Source of the DNA: Paraspadella gotoi
Lineage: Eukaryota > Animalia > Chaetognatha
Direction: 5' to 3'
Length of the DNA: 64,000 nucleotides
Assembly: GCA_051294375.1 (NCBI GenBank)
Contig: CM119263.1
Location: forward strand, 11,881,130-11,945,129
Shown here: piece after piece, positions 1 to 14,000 of the stretch
How the letters are laid out: each line of letters begins with the position of its first letter
How positions within the stretch are numbered: the first letter of the stretch is position 1
Translations under genes and position numbers: made by a program
The notes under the pieces: generated by a model
The model's database searches: none
What the model was told of the DNA's origin: nothing
The model's input: the letters and a program-made list of their open reading frames with translations, nothing else

Positions 1-619
1 AATTTTTGAAGAAATTTCCATCCAGGATTTTATCCACTTTTGGGCGTTGAGAGCCCAGCAATTGGGCGCCAGATGTTGCGGTTTCGGGCCGCAAAAAAGA
101 GTCATATCCTACAAAGAACTACCCAGTAGTTACTTTTTCCTATCAGGAAAAACGTTTTATATAAGATTTTTATTGTAGTTTATTAGATTCCTTATTTCCA
201 ACAGTGAGTGGCCGTTGACAGGCAGGATTTCTATCAAGGGAGATCTTGGGGCTATTTCTATCTATGATCTGAGTCTCTGAAGGTCCCGCTGGTCTTGCTG
301 GGGCGCAGTTGATTCTTCTTTTCTTCTTGGGAGGCGCGTGGAACTGCCCGAACGCCTGGTTAACTCTTTTTATACGAAAAACTAGCTACTTTCTCATCTA
401 CTAATAGAGATCTCATTGTGCAGGCTAGATTGATCTTTGGACCTGCAGTTCTCTCTCCTTCATATTGGTGAGGGCTGTGGTATTGAGATTCTTTTTCTCT
501 CTTTTGGCTGAGTTGTGAGCTTGATCATTGGTTTTTACTGTTTCCGCCATTTTGATGATTATGCTGAGATAGTGAATAGAGGGAGTGGGATTGTAGGTTT
601 ATCGTTTTTCTATAGGTAG

Positions 620-830
620 GTTGAGCGGGGCGAAGCAGACTAGCTCAGGTACGTTCTCTTCCTTCCTAACTTAGTTGCAGAGGTCCGGGCGAAGGAGATC
701 AAGCTGAGGACCGTCTCTCTTTCTTCCTATCCTTAGGATTGCTGAGAGGGGCGAAGAAGAATAGTCTCAGGTAGATCTCTTCTTCTTCTATCTTAAGTTG
801 CTGAGCAGGGGCGAGATCTAGCCTCGTAAC
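620..830. repeat. Degenerate ~60-bp tandem repeat, 3-4 copies
   Basis: Recurring unit GTTGCTGAG..GGGGCGAAG..GA.TAG.CTCAGGTA..TCTCTT.CTTCCTA.CTTA. Confidence 0.6.
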
Positions 831-1439
831 ACTTCCCTTTCTTTTTTCCCGCGGAGCGAGAGTCTTGGGCCCAAATCTCGTCGAGCTCGTCTCCGCTTGT
901 TGGCAATAAATCTCGCATTCGAGGTCGGGGTCGGGCCTTCGACGGCCGAGTGAGGCTGGACGCGGAGGGTGTAGGGTGGGGTTTGACGTGGGGTGCAGAA
1001 CCGAAAATGAAAAGGGTCAAAGAGCTCGCTCCAAATGCTCATATTCTTTGACAGTGCGATGTTTTTTTTTTCCCTCTTCCCCCCACTGTAACTTTTTTGA
1101 GCTTTGGGTGTCTTTTTTTTTTCTTTTTTAATAGTTTCAATTTTTTTTTCTTTATTACGACTTTACGTTCTTCCTTTGCTTCTCTTTTTTTTCTTTAACA
1201 TCCTCTCTTCATTTTTTTTTCCCCTTTACTTTCTTTTCCTTTCCATTCTCCCCTATTCCTTTCTTTCCATTTCTTGTCTCAATTTGTTTCAATTCGTTCA
1301 CTCGTTTATTTTTATTCTTTTCTTACACTTTCCTTCTTTTCTTTCTCGATTATTTTTTGGCTTCATTTGTTGTCGAGTGGAGACGTGACTCGACGAGACG
1401 CTTTGGCGCTATTTTCCGGAAGGATCCCTTTTCTGGTCC

Positions 1440-1652
1440 TCATCCCTAAACTTAATTGTAACCTTAGTCGCCAACCTTAATCCTAATTAAATCCCTAACC
1501 TTAATCCCTAATTTTAATCCCTAATCATTACCTCAATCCCTAACCTTATCTCTCAACCCAAATCTCTTAAATTCTAATCCCTAACCAAAACTCTAAGCTA
1601 AGCCCTATCCCTAATACCTTACCTAATAATTATTCCTTACCCCTAACTTAAT
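1440..1652. repeat. Degenerate (CCCTAA)n telomere-like tract
   Basis: Many CCCTAA/CCTTAA/TCCTAA units with roughly 6/12-nt periodicity. Confidence 0.65.
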
Positions 1653-1832
1653 CTTGAAAGGCTTACTTCTGAATTTAAGCGCTTGTAACGGATATAGACG
1701 ACGCTTTTATGTCATTGTCTTTCCATGGACAATACTAAGAAAGAGAAAAGTGTTAAAAAAAAGTTTTGTTATTTAAATCGCGCTTTATCTAGTTCTAGTT
1801 CGAATGAGAAGGATGAGATGAAGAGTATGTAA

Positions 1833-1894
1833 TATGTATGTATTTATGTATGTATGTATGTATGTATGTATGTATGTATGTATGTATGTATGTA
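1833..1894. repeat. (TATG)n microsatellite
   Basis: Direct reading. Confidence 0.95.
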
Positions 1895-3054
1895 TAAAGA
1901 GAAGGCAAAGAAAGAAAAAGAGAAAATTTTGTTCAAAACAAAGAAAGAAAGACAGAGAGAAGGACGCGACCGACTGAACGCTCCTTTCCCTTTCCTCCCC
2001 AAACTAAAGTAAAGTGAAACTTTGGCATCAAAATGCTTATTTTTAACATTTTTTTCCTAATTATATTAATTCCTATTACCGTACAGTATACGTGGCTTTA
2101 GCTTAGCCCCACCAAAGCCTTTTAAATGCTCTATTTTAACTATTTAAAATGTCACTATTTTCACTACACTCTCACCCCTCTCGTTTCCCTATCTTTCTCT
2201 TGTGGACTCGTTAGCTGATCCTCATTTCTGTAACAAGCCTACCCGTCATTTCTCGAGGTTTTCCTCTCTTCCTCCTCCTCCTCATCCGAGATTTATCGCC
2301 TCCTTCCGATCGCGTCATCATCCCTATTATGCACGTTTTATGGGCGGGGGGGGTGGACTGGGTAGTGGGTAAGGGGAAGAACCTCCGAGGCTGGTCCTCT
2401 AGTCTTCGCTGTTTTCGTCTTGAAATTTTCATTCAATTCCGGGTCTTTTGTGATTGGACCCTTATTTCCCATGGATTTCTGACGCTTCTATTATCATTCA
2501 TGTTTCGTCTGTTTTAACTAAGTAAAACCGTCACAGGTTGATTTTTTTTTTCCCGGCACTAAAATTAATTGTACCATTATTTTATCCATTATGCGGTACT
2601 AATTAAATTTCTATTATCTTATAATATTGTAATAAAATATCATTTAAGAAAGAATTTATGTAAGTTGTAAAAGATATTTTGCCAAATATTTTTTCGAGAA
2701 ATCAGAATATTATAAATTAATATTAAATCAAAATAACTGAAAATATTTTAGTATTCTTTACTTTAAAAAAATAAAGTGTGAGAAGCGAAAAAAAAAGTTT
2801 CTTGGGGCGAAAAGAAGAGAATAATTTGGACTTAAAAGTCGTCTTTATCTCTTTCACCGATCCCTCGCGCGCAAACCCTTTCTCAATCTTTCCACCTTTG
2901 CCTTTCCCCGGGGCCGCCCGATTTCCCCCGGGAGGACATCGACCAAAAATTGGCTCCTTTCTCTCGAAGTAAAAGGCAGAGAAAAAGATATTCTATGGGT
3001 GGCTTTTCGAGAGAAAGAAAAACTCTTCTTCTCTCTCTTCTCTCTCTCTCTTCT

Positions 3055-3123
<69 letters not shown>

Positions 3124-3475
3124 TCACGATTACTAAGAATGAGCGTCTGACGACATTATTTAGTAATATGCATTATAATTATTCCCGCCTTAATTTATCT
3201 CCCTTTCTAATGAGTATGGCGTTACCTTATTTTACTGTCACACCATAATTAATACATATTATTTAATATTAATGTTCATTAATTATACCATGAACGTGAT
3301 TCCTTCAAAGATCTAAAGATTATTAATAGGATACATAGAATTGAAATGAATTGTTGAATGCGAAGTGCGATTTGGCGAGTACTTGTGCCACAGTCTGCGC
3401 TCTATAATTTTTTAAGGTTTGAAGTTCGATTAAGATGATTATTTACTCTTCTTTCCTCCCCGATAACCTTTCCAG

Positions 3476-3858
3476 CCGGCAAGGTCCCGCACCCCCGTGC
3501 GAGCGCCAAGCGTGCGGGCCGCTCGGACTGACGGCTCTTCACAGGCCGACGTGGAGTTCGCGACGGGACGGAGAGGACGCCTTCGTCGCCGCCGTCACTT
3601 CGGAAGGTCAACGGGGCGTCCTTCAGGTTCAACTTGCGCCCACTTACACCCTATACCTGGCGCTGAGGTGAGAACGACCTAACGGCGGCGCCCACCAAGT
3701 CTTTCTCGGTTTGAAAATTTAAAATTTAGTATTTACAAATAAAAATAGTTGTTAAATCTCTCTTCAAAACTTTGTTCTAAGTATTTACAAAGAAACCAAG
3801 CGGAGAACTTTTTTCAGTTTGACTTGCTTAATGAGTTCTGCTGTTCGTCTGCAGCGAC

Positions 3859-3900
<42 letters not shown>

Positions 3901-4104
3901 ATTGTCACCTTTTTGTTTAAGTAGACAAAAAGAACGACCTCAGCTGGTGATTTCGATCTTCTGCTTGACTTGGAAATGGTTGCCTCTTGCTCTTCAATAT
4001 CACCTAACAGATTCTTTTACCTTTTAGTTTTCGAAGCCAGAAAACATCGGAAAACTCCTTGAGGATGATCTTCTGTTTCCACATCACATATGTCGATGTT
4101 CTTT

Positions 4105-4200
<96 letters not shown>

Positions 4201-5016
4201 AAAAGAAATAAATAAAAGAATATAGTGAAACAACTAATTTTGCAACTTTCATAAAAGGAAAAAAAAAAGGAATAAAGGAAAAAAAGAAAGAAAAAATATT
4301 AAGAAAGATGAAAGTTGAAAAAATGATGTAAGTTGAAAAAATAATGTACGTTAAAAAAATATCCAAGTTAAAAAAAATTATGCAAGTTCAAAAAATGATA
4401 CAAGCAAAAATAATATAAAATATTATTTTAATTTTTAAAATATCTTTTCAAATAGCAGATTGTTATTTGTTCCGCAATAACAGTTCAGTTTAAGCCCTTT
4501 AAAGCTATTTACATGTATTGGTCCCGCCACTGGTTTATATTTCTTTTCTTTTTTTCCATCATTGAATCTTAACATCTGTTACTCCTCTATCTCCGTTCCT
4601 TTTCTCTTTCTCTCTTTTGATATTATCATTTTTTCGATCTCGTTGTCACTTGCTCGTTTTAGTTTTACTTATTCGTCGTTTTCATCTTTCATTCTTGATA
4701 ATATACTATGTAGTTCGTTTTCCACTTTTCCCTCCCTTCCTACTTTCCACTTCTTTCCATTCCTTCCCACGTTCCACTCTTTTTCCATCCATTCCCACCT
4801 ACCACGTTCCATTCTTCTTTCCACTCTTCTTCCACTTTGCTCCCTCATCCTTTCGTGAATCTCAACACTTAGAATTCTCCACCCCGGACGATGACCTCGT
4901 TCGCCCCCGTCGAGAGGGATAAGGAGGAGGAAGAGGATGAGAAGGAAGAGGGAAAGAACGTTATCTGTCTAAAAAAGAGATATTGAGAAGCAGACGGATG
5001 AAGGTAGAGGAAAAAG

Positions 5017-5047
<31 letters not shown>

Positions 5048-8000
5048 NNNNNNNNNNNNNNNNNNNNNNNNNNNNNNNNNNNNNNNNNNNNNNNNNNNNN
5101 NNNNNNNNNNNNNNNNNNNNNNNNNNNNNNNNNNNNNNNNNNNNNNNNNNNNNNNNNNNNNNNNNNNNNNNNNNNNNNNNNNNNNNNNNNNNNNNNNNNN
5201 NNNNNNNNNNNNNNNNNNNNNNNNNNNNNNNNNNNNNNNNNNNNNNNNNNNNNNNNNNNNNNNNNNNNNNNNNNNNNNNNNNNNNNNNNNNNNNNNNNNN
5301 NNNNNNNNNNNNNNNNNNNNNNNNNNNNNNNNNNNNNNNNNNNNNNNNNNNNNNNNNNNNNNNNNNNNNNNNNNNNNNNNNNNNNNNNNNNNNNNNNNNN
5401 NNNNNNNNNNNNNNNNNNNNNNNNNNNNNNNNNNNNNNNNNNNNNNNNNNNNNNNNNNNNNNNNNNNNNNNNNNNNNNNNNNNNNNNNNNNNNNNNNNNN
5501 NNNNNNNNNNNNNNNNNNNNNNNNNNNNNNNNNNNNNNNNNNNNNNNNNNNNNNNNNNNNNNNNNNNNNNNNNNNNNNNNNNNNNNNNNNNNNNNNNNNN
5601 NNNNNNNNNNNNNNNNNNNNNNNNNNNNNNNNNNNNNNNNNNNNNNNNNNNNNNNNNNNNNNNNNNNNNNNNNNNNNNNNNNNNNNNNNNNNNNNNNNNN
5701 NNNNNNNNNNNNNNNNNNNNNNNNNNNNNNNNNNNNNNNNNNNNNNNNNNNNNNNNNNNNNNNNNNNNNNNNNNNNNNNNNNNNNNNNNNNNNNNNNNNN
5801 NNNNNNNNNNNNNNNNNNNNNNNNNNNNNNNNNNNNNNNNCGAAATACGCTTTACCTGGAATTGTGTCTAACAAAAAAAATGTTTTTTTGCAGTCCTCTT
5901 ACTTATCACACTTTAGCGCAGTTTTGTCGTAGCAGTTTCCTTGCAATGGGGTTGGGTATAGGCGTGACGACGAGGTTCGTTTGTGTTAGGCGTTGCCCTT
6001 GGTTCGGCCTTGGAAATCTTTTACGAATGTCTTTCGATTTCACGCGTAGCTTTTTCTTTGCGCTGGTTTTGCTCTTATGTTCTTAACGGCAAAGCGTGTT
6101 GCTCCGGGGTTTGCGTGCGGTTTGCACCTGCGTCGCAATGACCACGAAGCGGCTCTCATTTTTTATGGCGCCACCTGTCCGGAATAAAAGGAGCGGCCCG
6201 AGTGTTTTGCTCATCCGTTTGTTTTGGAATTATGAGAATTGGCGATCGTTACTCCTCGCGTTTGACAATCACTCGCGTCGAGGGACGATGTTTCGTTCAA
6301 GCGAATTCGGGTATAAACTCGGCCCCCAAACCTTTTTGGCTCACGCATCTCTGTTGTTCTTTTTAATAATTTATATTTGGCCTCGAACACTTGTTGTTTC
6401 TCTTGTATGTTTGAAGGTTTGAAACGCTATTCGTTATTTTTTTTTTACTTGCTTTCCCCTCTATCCCATTTTATCTATGTACCTCCTCTCACGCTTGCCA
6501 AGACGGCTTCTCTCTCCAACCTACCGTCCGGACATGCAGCCTTCGGAGCGGACGGCGCGCGTCACTTCGCTCACTAACAAAATCGCTCTGATGCTGAATC
6601 AGATCGTCAACGCCAACCAGGGCAACAGCGCCGCCTTGTCTTTCTGGATGGCCAATGCCTCAGAGCTACTTCACTTTATCAAACAAGGTCATTAAATACT
6701 TAATCTTAATTTAATCGATAACGATATCCATTTATAAATCAATTTAATCGTCCCATTTAGATCGAGATCTAGGCGGCATGACTGTTGAGGCTCAAGACTC
6801 AATGGCAGAATCGGTACAAATGGCGTTTCGGTGCCTGGTCAGTTGCATGCAGCACGAGTTAAATCAGCACTTACCCTCCATCTTGGATCCTAGTGACATC
6901 GGTGAGTCATACATCTCTTTTCTTAGAAATGTGACGATGACTATTCAAACGTTTTATTGTTTCGTCCTTTATTGCTTTTCTTCCAGATCTTAACGGAGAA
7001 CCGTTGGTGGCGTTCACCACCGCCAATGTTCTCCACACACTGGCGACGGCGATGTCCTTACTACGTCGGTGTCGAGTCAACGCCGCTCTCACAATTCAAT
7101 TGTTTTCGCACGTGAGTAGGGAGACGAAACGTGACGCTTAAAAGCGTTGTAGTATGAAGTGGCATCGTTCGCTCGAGCATCTTAGTTTGATGTATACTAC
7201 GTCCTAAATAGTTTTGAAAAAAAAAATCAATACTCCTGCTTGTACGCTAAGATTAAATTTTTTTTTTTTTTTTTAATTGCGTATCCTCCGACTCAAAGAC
7301 AAACTTAACCCAAGAGCAAACCCTTTCTGCACCCGCAGTTGTTTCATTTCATCAACATGTGGATCTTCAACCAAATGATGTCCCCACCCCATCAACCCGG
7401 CGCTGGCCTTTGCACCATGGCGTGGGGCGTGAGACTTTTGCGGCGCCTCTCCAGGATCGCGACATGGGCAAAGAAGCAAGGGCTGGAGCTTGCAGCAGAC
7501 TGTCACCTTAGCCGAGTCATGCAAGGTGGGAGAGAGGAGTGGGGACTGGTTTTAACGGAGCAATAAAACGTCCTGATTGAGCTTGACGAGAGCGAGAAGG
7601 GAGAAAAAAAGGAAAGAAAGAATTATTTTTCCTGCAACTTCTACTTTTGCAGTCTATCCCCTACCTTTTTCGTTGCCCTTTCTGCCCCTTTGTCCTCTGT
7701 CCGTCCAAGTTCACCTCGGAAACGGGAAATTATGCGCGAACACGAAAATGTCGTGAGAGTCCGAAGGGTCAAGGCGACCGGATCTCTCGAATTGTTAACT
7801 CCATAAAAGGATTTTTTTTTTCCCATTTTATTTTTTTTTTTGGTGGGGGGGATAAAAAAGGATATTTTTCACAGGAAAATTGTTTTCGATTCTCCATTGA
7901 CAGCTGCGCACCTTCTTCAACTTCCCAAATCGCCGGATCACCTGCAACATGCCCACTCGGACTACTTCAAACTCAACTCTCTTCAACTCCGCGGTCTCTT

Positions 8001-11000
8001 CGAGAATTACTCCCTCAGTCCCAACGAAGCCGGTCTGCCGGTGGTAAGCGTCTTGCACTTTTCTAAGCTCAATATCGCTTATTTCTTACATTTTTTACTA
8101 TCCAGGCAAATTTAATCGATTAAATGAAAATTCGACTTTAAAATGTCTTGCTCGAATCGAATCTGAAAATATCTTAATGAAGGTTGCGAAGTCCATAAGT
8201 TGCGATGTTTATTTCCTCTAAAATTACCGCCATAAAGATAATCGCTCGGAAAAAAAAAATCGATTAAAACTTTTGCCAATGAAAAAAAAAATAGATAAAA
8301 AAAGGCTAGTTTCTAAGCGAGCTTTTTTTTGCTGAAAAGTAAGTGGCCATACTTCCAGGCGGACGCAAAGTCGTGCATAATTTCTCACTTTTTTGTTATT
8401 TTCTCTTATTTACCCTTCTATAAAGCTCTTTTAATTAATTTTTTTCTTTCTCGGCCTAGTATTTTTTCGTGTCCTTTGTCTTACTCCGACTTTATTCCCC
8501 CATTGCTTCCAGTATTCCCCAGAACCGATCCCGAACACGTTTATTCGCCAGGCGGAACGACGGCGCGACGAGATGTGCACGGGCCGAGGGGGCCCATTCA
8601 CTGGGAGGAAGAGCCCGACTCCAACTCCTTTCCTACTTCCCCGAAAGACTGCTTTTCCTTGATATTTCTAAGAGGGCGTCCCCAACGGGTTTCAGGATTC
8701 TTAGAGCCACTAATCAAAGTCGCCGTTAGTTTTTAGTATTTCTGATTTGAGTCGTATTACTTAAAAAAATGTATAATTTTGACATTAACAATATTAAAGT
8801 AATACAATACTACTTCAGTTATCCTCGGGCGTTCCTATTTAATTAATGACAAAGAGCATTTCGTGAATTAATTTATTTTTTAAAAAGAAGACAAGATTAA
8901 TAATCTTTAATTCAAACGTGATCTTCTGTCTGTTTAATTAACAGACGAAAAAAAAACTATTATTAATAGTATTAAGCCGGATAAAAAATATTCCTCATCA
9001 TTCTCGCACACTTATTAAGTCTTGTCGAACGCAGAGAACGCAAATTAGATCGCAATCCCACTCGGCCTGTTGGGCAATTGTGTCGCTTTAAAATAAAAAA
9101 AAAAAGCAATGTCGTGCACCCAAACCGTCCCTTACGGAACCTGATCGCTCATAATAGCACTAGATTGGACAAAAACAGAAAGGCTTAACGACGTATAATG
9201 GCGCGGGATCACGGCCAATTAGTTGATGAATTCGAACGGAAAATCGCATGAGGGTTTTTAGCCGGATCTGCTTTTGGCAGATCCCGGCTCTATAGATTTC
9301 TATGTCGGTCCGTCGGTCCAACCCTAAAATCTTATTGATAAATTATTTTTATCATTACTGAACATCGAATTATAAAAAATTATGTAAAAAAAAATCAATG
9401 TCGGTACGTCTCCCCTTAGCTTGAAACGCAAATTACTAATGAGAGCATCTTGCCATTAATATAAAAAAAATTATTTTCAATTTCTTAATTTTTGCAGTCG
9501 CCCTTATTTATACATAGTACTTTCCCTAGAAAATATTAAAATTAAAAATTTTTTTTTTTGCCTGTTTCTGATATACAATTATAATTTTGATTCTACTTGT
9601 TTTTATAAAGTTTGTTACGCTTTACTGCAGATCCGACATTGATTTTATTGGTCCCGATAGATTATATTCTCTCGCCTTTTTCCGGATGGTTAGAACTCAA
9701 ATTACCGATTTAAACGATTTTCGTTGCTATAAAATAGATTTGATGCTTTTTGTATGATAAAAAAAATAGAATAATATAATTAATTATCAGTAACGCATTT
9801 AGCGAGTATCCAAGTTGATCGTTTTTTTCCCCGTTGATCCTCGCCTAGGGTTGTGTCGACTGACCATACATCCCATGACGACGGGGCTTTGGACGGTACA
9901 AATGATCGGCCACATCCCGCCTCCGGCCGCAACCAACACCGCACCTTTCCAACCGCCCTTCCAAAATAACCTTCCGAACCAACAAAGACAACTACCTCCC
10001 AATCAACAAGTGAGTTTCGTTTCTCAACCTCGCTGAAAGAAAAAGTTTTCTCATTTGTTCTTAATTAAATACCAAATGTTTTTTTATTATTCGTCATTCT
10101 TTTGATTATTTCTTTATCATATTTCGGCGATTATTTATCCGTAGCCGTGTCCCGTTTTGTAATTTAGTGACCGATTTTTCACAGTGATGGTCGTGAAATA
10201 CGGGGCTTTTTAAAAATCTCCAAAAAATCAAATATTATGGCAACACAATATTATGCGTGATACCCGGGGTGTGAGGCATCTCCAGACAGCTGGCGCTCAG
10301 GGCTTTGAAACTGCATGTTTATGCCGACACCATCACATTTAACCAGAGTGACCAAGAGGGGATTGAACCTGGTATTCACGGTTGGTGAATGAGGCTAATT
10401 TCGGATTCGCCACAATATTCAGTATTATTGCAACCGGGGGACGTCTGTGATTGCCCCGTGCGTCATGGGTTTAATCCCTTTACCGATTAAGTGTGATGGT
10501 GCTGCCTAAATTTGCTAATGATATGGGGTGATCACTGATCAGAGTGGTCTCTGCTGATCCAAAGTGCCAGCTGTTGGCAGATGCCTCACAATCAGGGCGT
10601 CGTGTGGACGCAAAAAGTTTCAGAGTTGTTGTTGTTGTTGCTGGCACTTTGGATCTGCAGTGACCACAGTCCACAGTCACTCCTTTCCCCGTTGCCATTA
10701 ACCTCAATATTATTAAGTCAATATAATGAGGTGGCTCTGAAGAGGTTATATTATTTTAACTTTATGATTTTGGATCGAAATAAAGTTTTTTTGTTTTGTT
10801 TACAGATCACGAAAATTTCTTTGTTTGCAATAGAAATGTACATCGATTTATAAATGAAACATTTCCTCATGCTCATGCCCATTTTATGTTATGCTTCATC
10901 GCAGCCCGCGTTGGCCATGCTGCCTGGTGGAACATTGAGCGGCGCCCGCCCGCCCGGTAAACCGGAAATGGCCGCGCGTGACGTTTCAAAAGAACAATTG

Positions 11001-14000
11001 CGGAATGGACTTTCCATCGTAGCCGCGAAGGGTAGGACGGTTCGAGAAAAAAAATAAGATGAATGAAATTCTTCCTTCCTATTTCACTAAGTTTGAATTA
11101 GTCTATTTTTTTTCCTATTTCAATCCCAGGAGCCGGAAAAGACAAGCTTGGGATATACATCAAGTCCGTCGTTAAAGGTGGCGCTGCTGATCTCGACGGG
11201 AGACTGCGACCAGGAGACCAACTCTTGGCCGTCGACAGCCATTGTCTCATCGGCGTCTCGCAAGAAAAGTGAGGAAGAAAGCGAAGTCAATAGACTGCTC
11301 GTCAAACATCAGGGTTCTTAGTATCAGGAAACTGAAAAGCATAGCTACGCATGAATATATTAATGTAATAATATTTTAAAACTGACGTCGTCCTCCGATA
11401 TTCATGAACCAAAAAATGAAGGCAAAATAGCCTATTAGTGGTTATAAAATGAGTTTTTCTGTGCGTCTGTTAAAATAAACAATCGCGAAAATATTAAAAA
11501 TCATTTTGGCCATTTTTTTGCCCTAAGGGTAAACCCCAGGGTCCGCATAACTAAGCCACAATATAATTATTTGTATCATCGTTGACACTATCTATCCCTA
11601 ATTTCATCCATTTTGGTTCGGTAGTTTCCTTGGAACTGATTCTGGGCTTAAAATTATCAATCTCTCTTCGAGTCTTCAATGAGCGAAAAAAGTTTTTTTT
11701 TTTTTTTTTTCAATAATTTTTTTTTTCTTGCAGAGCGGCGGAGTTTGATGACACGGACTGGCCAGACGGTCACGCTGGAGGTCGCTAAACAAGGCGCCAT
11801 CTATCATGGACTGGCGACTCTGCTCAGTCAACCATCGCCCATCATGAGAAGAGGTATGTATGTACAATTGTACATGTAGATGGATGATATCTTACTGCCA
11901 GTGTATCTCCTTTTTATTCAAACATTCATGTCTGTTTCGTTTTTTTACTAGGTCGATCCCGTAGCCTGGGTCCCGGCCCCCGCTCCCATCAGCGCGCGCG
12001 GATCAGGTGCCAACTCAGCCAGCGACCAGCACTTTTCCGGTCTCAACGGTAGTCTTGGCGGCCGCGGGAAGGGTCAGCCTTCTGGGAGTCAGGGCTTGCA
12101 CCGGCGGCTCTCCCAAGGACATAACCCTTACGCCACGATGCCATCCAGATCTTCCCCGAACATTCTGGGTGAGAAACGATGAAATTTAACTAGGAAATAA
12201 AATTCAGTTAATCGCTTTTAGCAAACAATTAAGAAAGCTATATATTTCGGTTTCCACGATTTACCCTTTGTCTTCCTTACCTCAGCCGGCGAACGGCACG
12301 ACCCCGCCCCCAACGGCCACGCCAGGACCATCTCCTCCGGGAACATCACGCGGGAACAAGTGTTCGGACTGCAGCCGCCGGTGAATGGAATGAAGAAGGT
12401 TCTTTAAAATTCTTGGCTATAATATGAAATAAATATATGAAACAAAATTTTTTAAACTATGTCTCAAAAAAAAAAAAAGATTTTTTTATATTTTCTGTAT
12501 CTCACCGGGTTATTCTTGAATATTATTTTTGGTCAAAAAATTCGTTTTGGAGTTTTAAATTTTAAATTTTAATTAGTTTCTGGTCATCTAAGCTAACTTT
12601 CAAGACGATTGAAGATTGAAGGTTGAAGTCGCCTTTTTATTTATTATTTAAATTTAAAATGCTAAAGAGTCAATATAGATGCTTTAAAATATTCTATATT
12701 CTTATTTTGTCTTCTTAGCAACCGAGAGAAAAACCAGCTTACAACGGAAGTAGATCCAGATCTACTGGAAACATCCCGGCCGGCTANNNNNNNNNNAGCC
12801 GGACAAGACAAGCTTGGGATATACATCAAGTCCGTCGTTAAAGGTGGCGCTGCTGATCTCGACGGGAGACTGCGACCAGGAGACCAACTCTTGGCCGTCG
12901 ACAGCCATTGTCTCATCGGCGTCTCGCAAGAAAAGTGAGGAAGAAAGCGAAGTCAATAGACTGCTCGTCAAACGTCAGGGTTCTTAGTATCAGGAAACTG
13001 AAAAGCATAGCTACGTATGAATATATTAATGTAATAATATTTTAAAACTGTCGTCGTCCTCCGATATTCATGAACCAAAAAATGAAAGTAAAATAACCTA
13101 TTAGTGGTTATAAATGAGTTTTTCTGTGCGTCTGTTAAAATAAACAATCGCGAAAATATTAAAAATCATTTTTGGCCATTTTTTTTGGCCCTTACGGGTA
13201 AACCCCCAGGGTCCCATAACTAAGCCACAATATTATTATTTGTATCATCGTTGACACTATCTATCCTAATTTCATCCTTTGGTTCGCTAGTTTCCTTGGA
13301 ACTGATTCTGGGCTTAAAATTATCAATCTCTCTTCGAGTCTTCAATGAGCAGAAAAGTTTTTTTTTTTTTTTCAATAATTTTTTTTCTTGCAGAGCGCGG
13401 GAGTTGATGACACGGACTGGCCAGACGGTCACGCTGGAGGTCGCTAACAAGGCGCCATCTATCATGGACTGGCGACTCTGCTCAGTCAACCATCGCCCAT
13501 CATGAGAAGAGGTATGGTATGTACAATTGTACATGTAGATGGATGATATCTTACTGCCAGTGTATCTCCTTTTTATTCAAACATTCATGTCTGTTTCGTT
13601 TTTTACTAGGCTCGATCCCGTAGCCTGGGTCCCGGCCCCCGCTCCCATCAGCGCGGCGGATCAGGTGCCAACCAGCCAGCGACCAGCACTTTCTCGGTTC
13701 TCAACGGTAGTCTTGGCGGCCGCGGGAAGGGTCAGCCTTCTGGGAGTCAGGGCTTGCCCGGCGGCTCTCCAAGGACTAACCCTTACGCCACGATGCCATC
13801 CAGATCTTCCCCGATTATCTGGGTGAGAAACGGGATGAAATTAAACTAGGAAGATAAAATCTAGATTAATCGGCTTTTAGCAAACAATTAAGAAAGCTAG
13901 TATTTCTTTCCGTTTCACGATTTACCCTTTGTCTTCCTTACCTCAGCCGGCGAACGGCACGACCCGCCCCAACGGCCACGCCAGGACCATCTCTCCGGGA

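Noticed and set aside
620-830. CRISPR-like repeat-spacer array
   Set aside because: The whole unit repeats with no unique spacers, the context is eukaryotic, and there are no cas genes.
4969-6086. Long ORFs of 301 and 367 aa
   Set aside because: They are open only because they cross the N gap.
8513-11040. Frameshifts in afadin exons suggesting a pseudogene or programmed frameshifting
   Set aside because: Indels cluster in noisy patches while the protein motifs stay conserved; sequencing error is more likely.
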